A stretch of DNA of 64,000 nt, from NCBI GenBank assembly GCA_963801165.1, contig CAWDDT010000003.1, positions 64,001-128,000 on the forward strand, read 5' to 3'. The position numbers were made by a program, and so were the translations under genes. Origin of the DNA: an uncultured bacterium. Its GTDB lineage: Bacteria > Actinomycetota > Acidimicrobiia > Spongiisociales > UBA5794. Under the pieces are notes generated by a model. It was not told the DNA's origin and did not search any database. It saw only the letters and a list, made by a program, of their open reading frames with translations. Numbering within the stretch: position 1 is the first letter of the stretch; every line of letters begins with the position of its first letter. Below, one piece after another: positions 63,187 to 64,000 of the stretch.

Positions 63187-64000
63187 ATGAAGATCTCTAT
63201 CAGTGTCACCAACTACTCCTGGCCGGGTGGCCCCGAGAACCTGGAACACCACCTCGGCGAGGTCGCCACCGCAGCCGACAGTTCCGGGGTAGACACCCTG
63301 TGGGTGGCCGACCACCTCGTCCAGGCCGATCCCAACGCCGGTCTGGATGAGCCGATGCTCGAGGCGTACACGACGCTCGGCTACCTCGCCGCGTGCACAA
63401 GTCGTTTGCGGCTCGGGACGATGGTGACGTGGGCGGGGATCCGCCCCGCAGCATTGCTGATCAAAGCGGTTACGACCCTCGACGTTCTGTCAGGAGGCCG
63501 AGCGTGGTTGGGTCTCGGTGCCGGCTACCGCGGGGACGAAGCGGGGATGATGGCGCTTCCTTTCCCGTCTACCCGGGAGCGTTTCGAGATCCTCGAGGAC
63601 ACCATTGCCCTTGCCAATCAGATGTGGTCCGGTAGCGAGGCCGTGTTCGAGGGAAAGCGGATTCGCGTGGAACGTCCGATTGCACGTCCGGCGGCGCTCA
63701 GCAGACCGCGGCCCCGGATCCTGATCGGCGGGATGGGGGAGAAGAAGACACTGCCGCTGGTTGCCCGTTGTGCCGATGCGTGCAACCTGTTCGACATTCC
63801 CGACGGTGGGGAGACGATCCGCCACAAGCTCGATGTTCTCGACGATCTGTGTCGACAACTGGGGCGCAATCCCTCCGAGATCGAAAGGACCGTGAGCGCA
63901 CGGCTCGGGCCGGCCGAACCGGCTGCGAGCCTTGTCGATCGCTGCCGGGTTCTCGGCGGATACGGCATCGATCATGTCGTGTTGATCGCCGCCGGTCCCT
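63187..64000 (+). CDS. LLM-class F420-dependent oxidoreductase, cut by the window end
   Basis: Not in the ORF track because it has no stop; manual translation MKISISVTNYSWPGG...LWVADHL...EAYTTLGYLAA...LDVLSGGRAWLGLGAG...ILIGGMGEKKTL. Confidence 0.88.
   Translation, partial: MKISISVTNYSWPGGPENLEHHLGEVATAADSSGVDTLWVADHLVQADPNAGLDEPMLEAYTTLGYLAACTSRLRLGTMVTWAGIRPAALLIKAVTTLDVLSGGRAWLGLGAGYRGDEAGMMALPFPSTRERFEILEDTIALANQMWSGSEAVFEGKRIRVERPIARPAALSRPRPRILIGGMGEKKTLPLVARCADACNLFDIPDGGETIRHKLDVLDDLCRQLGRNPSEIERTVSARLGPAEPAASLVDRCRVLGGYGIDHVVLIAAGP

Overview
High-GC, densely coding bacterial DNA. It is most consistent with an Actinomycetota genome, probably Acidimicrobiia-like; this is inferred from Thr-rich-linker lipoproteins, F420-type LLM oxidoreductases, a PucR regulator and apparently leaderless promoters. 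I recognised no rRNA, tRNA, CRISPR array or intact transposase. Blocks: (1) 0.3-9.5 kb, detox/accessory genes (PhzF, GT1, AraC-GyrI, PLP lyase + GltS-like transporter, ArsR-VOC, pentapeptide-DinB); (2) PucR divergent from a class II aldolase::class III aminotransferase fusion; (3) a structured non-coding segment resembling an orphan IS110 end; (4) IclR-SDR-FAH, lipoproteins, ferritin-VIT1 and a c-type heme protein; (5) a KimA-like K+ transporter with a duplicated cytosolic domain next to kdpDE; (6) a lignin-aromatic supercluster at 29.7-52.9 kb with a hydroxycinnamoyl-CoA beta-oxidative route, LigM/MetF O-demethylation, PobA, the protocatechuate 4,5-cleavage genes ligC/I/U/J/K but no ligAB, a MetE-like gene and an ABC importer. 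Its upper pathway and a distant secreted hydrolase share a recurring palindromic operator (about TATCAGG-N3-CCTGATA, 6 copies); (7) an ABC-fed ula/sgb-like 3-keto-acid-sugar pathway with a PTE-family lactonase and a PfkB kinase; (8) arsR-acr3 and an LLM gene cut by the window end. Product calls come from motif recognition in the translations, not from database searches.
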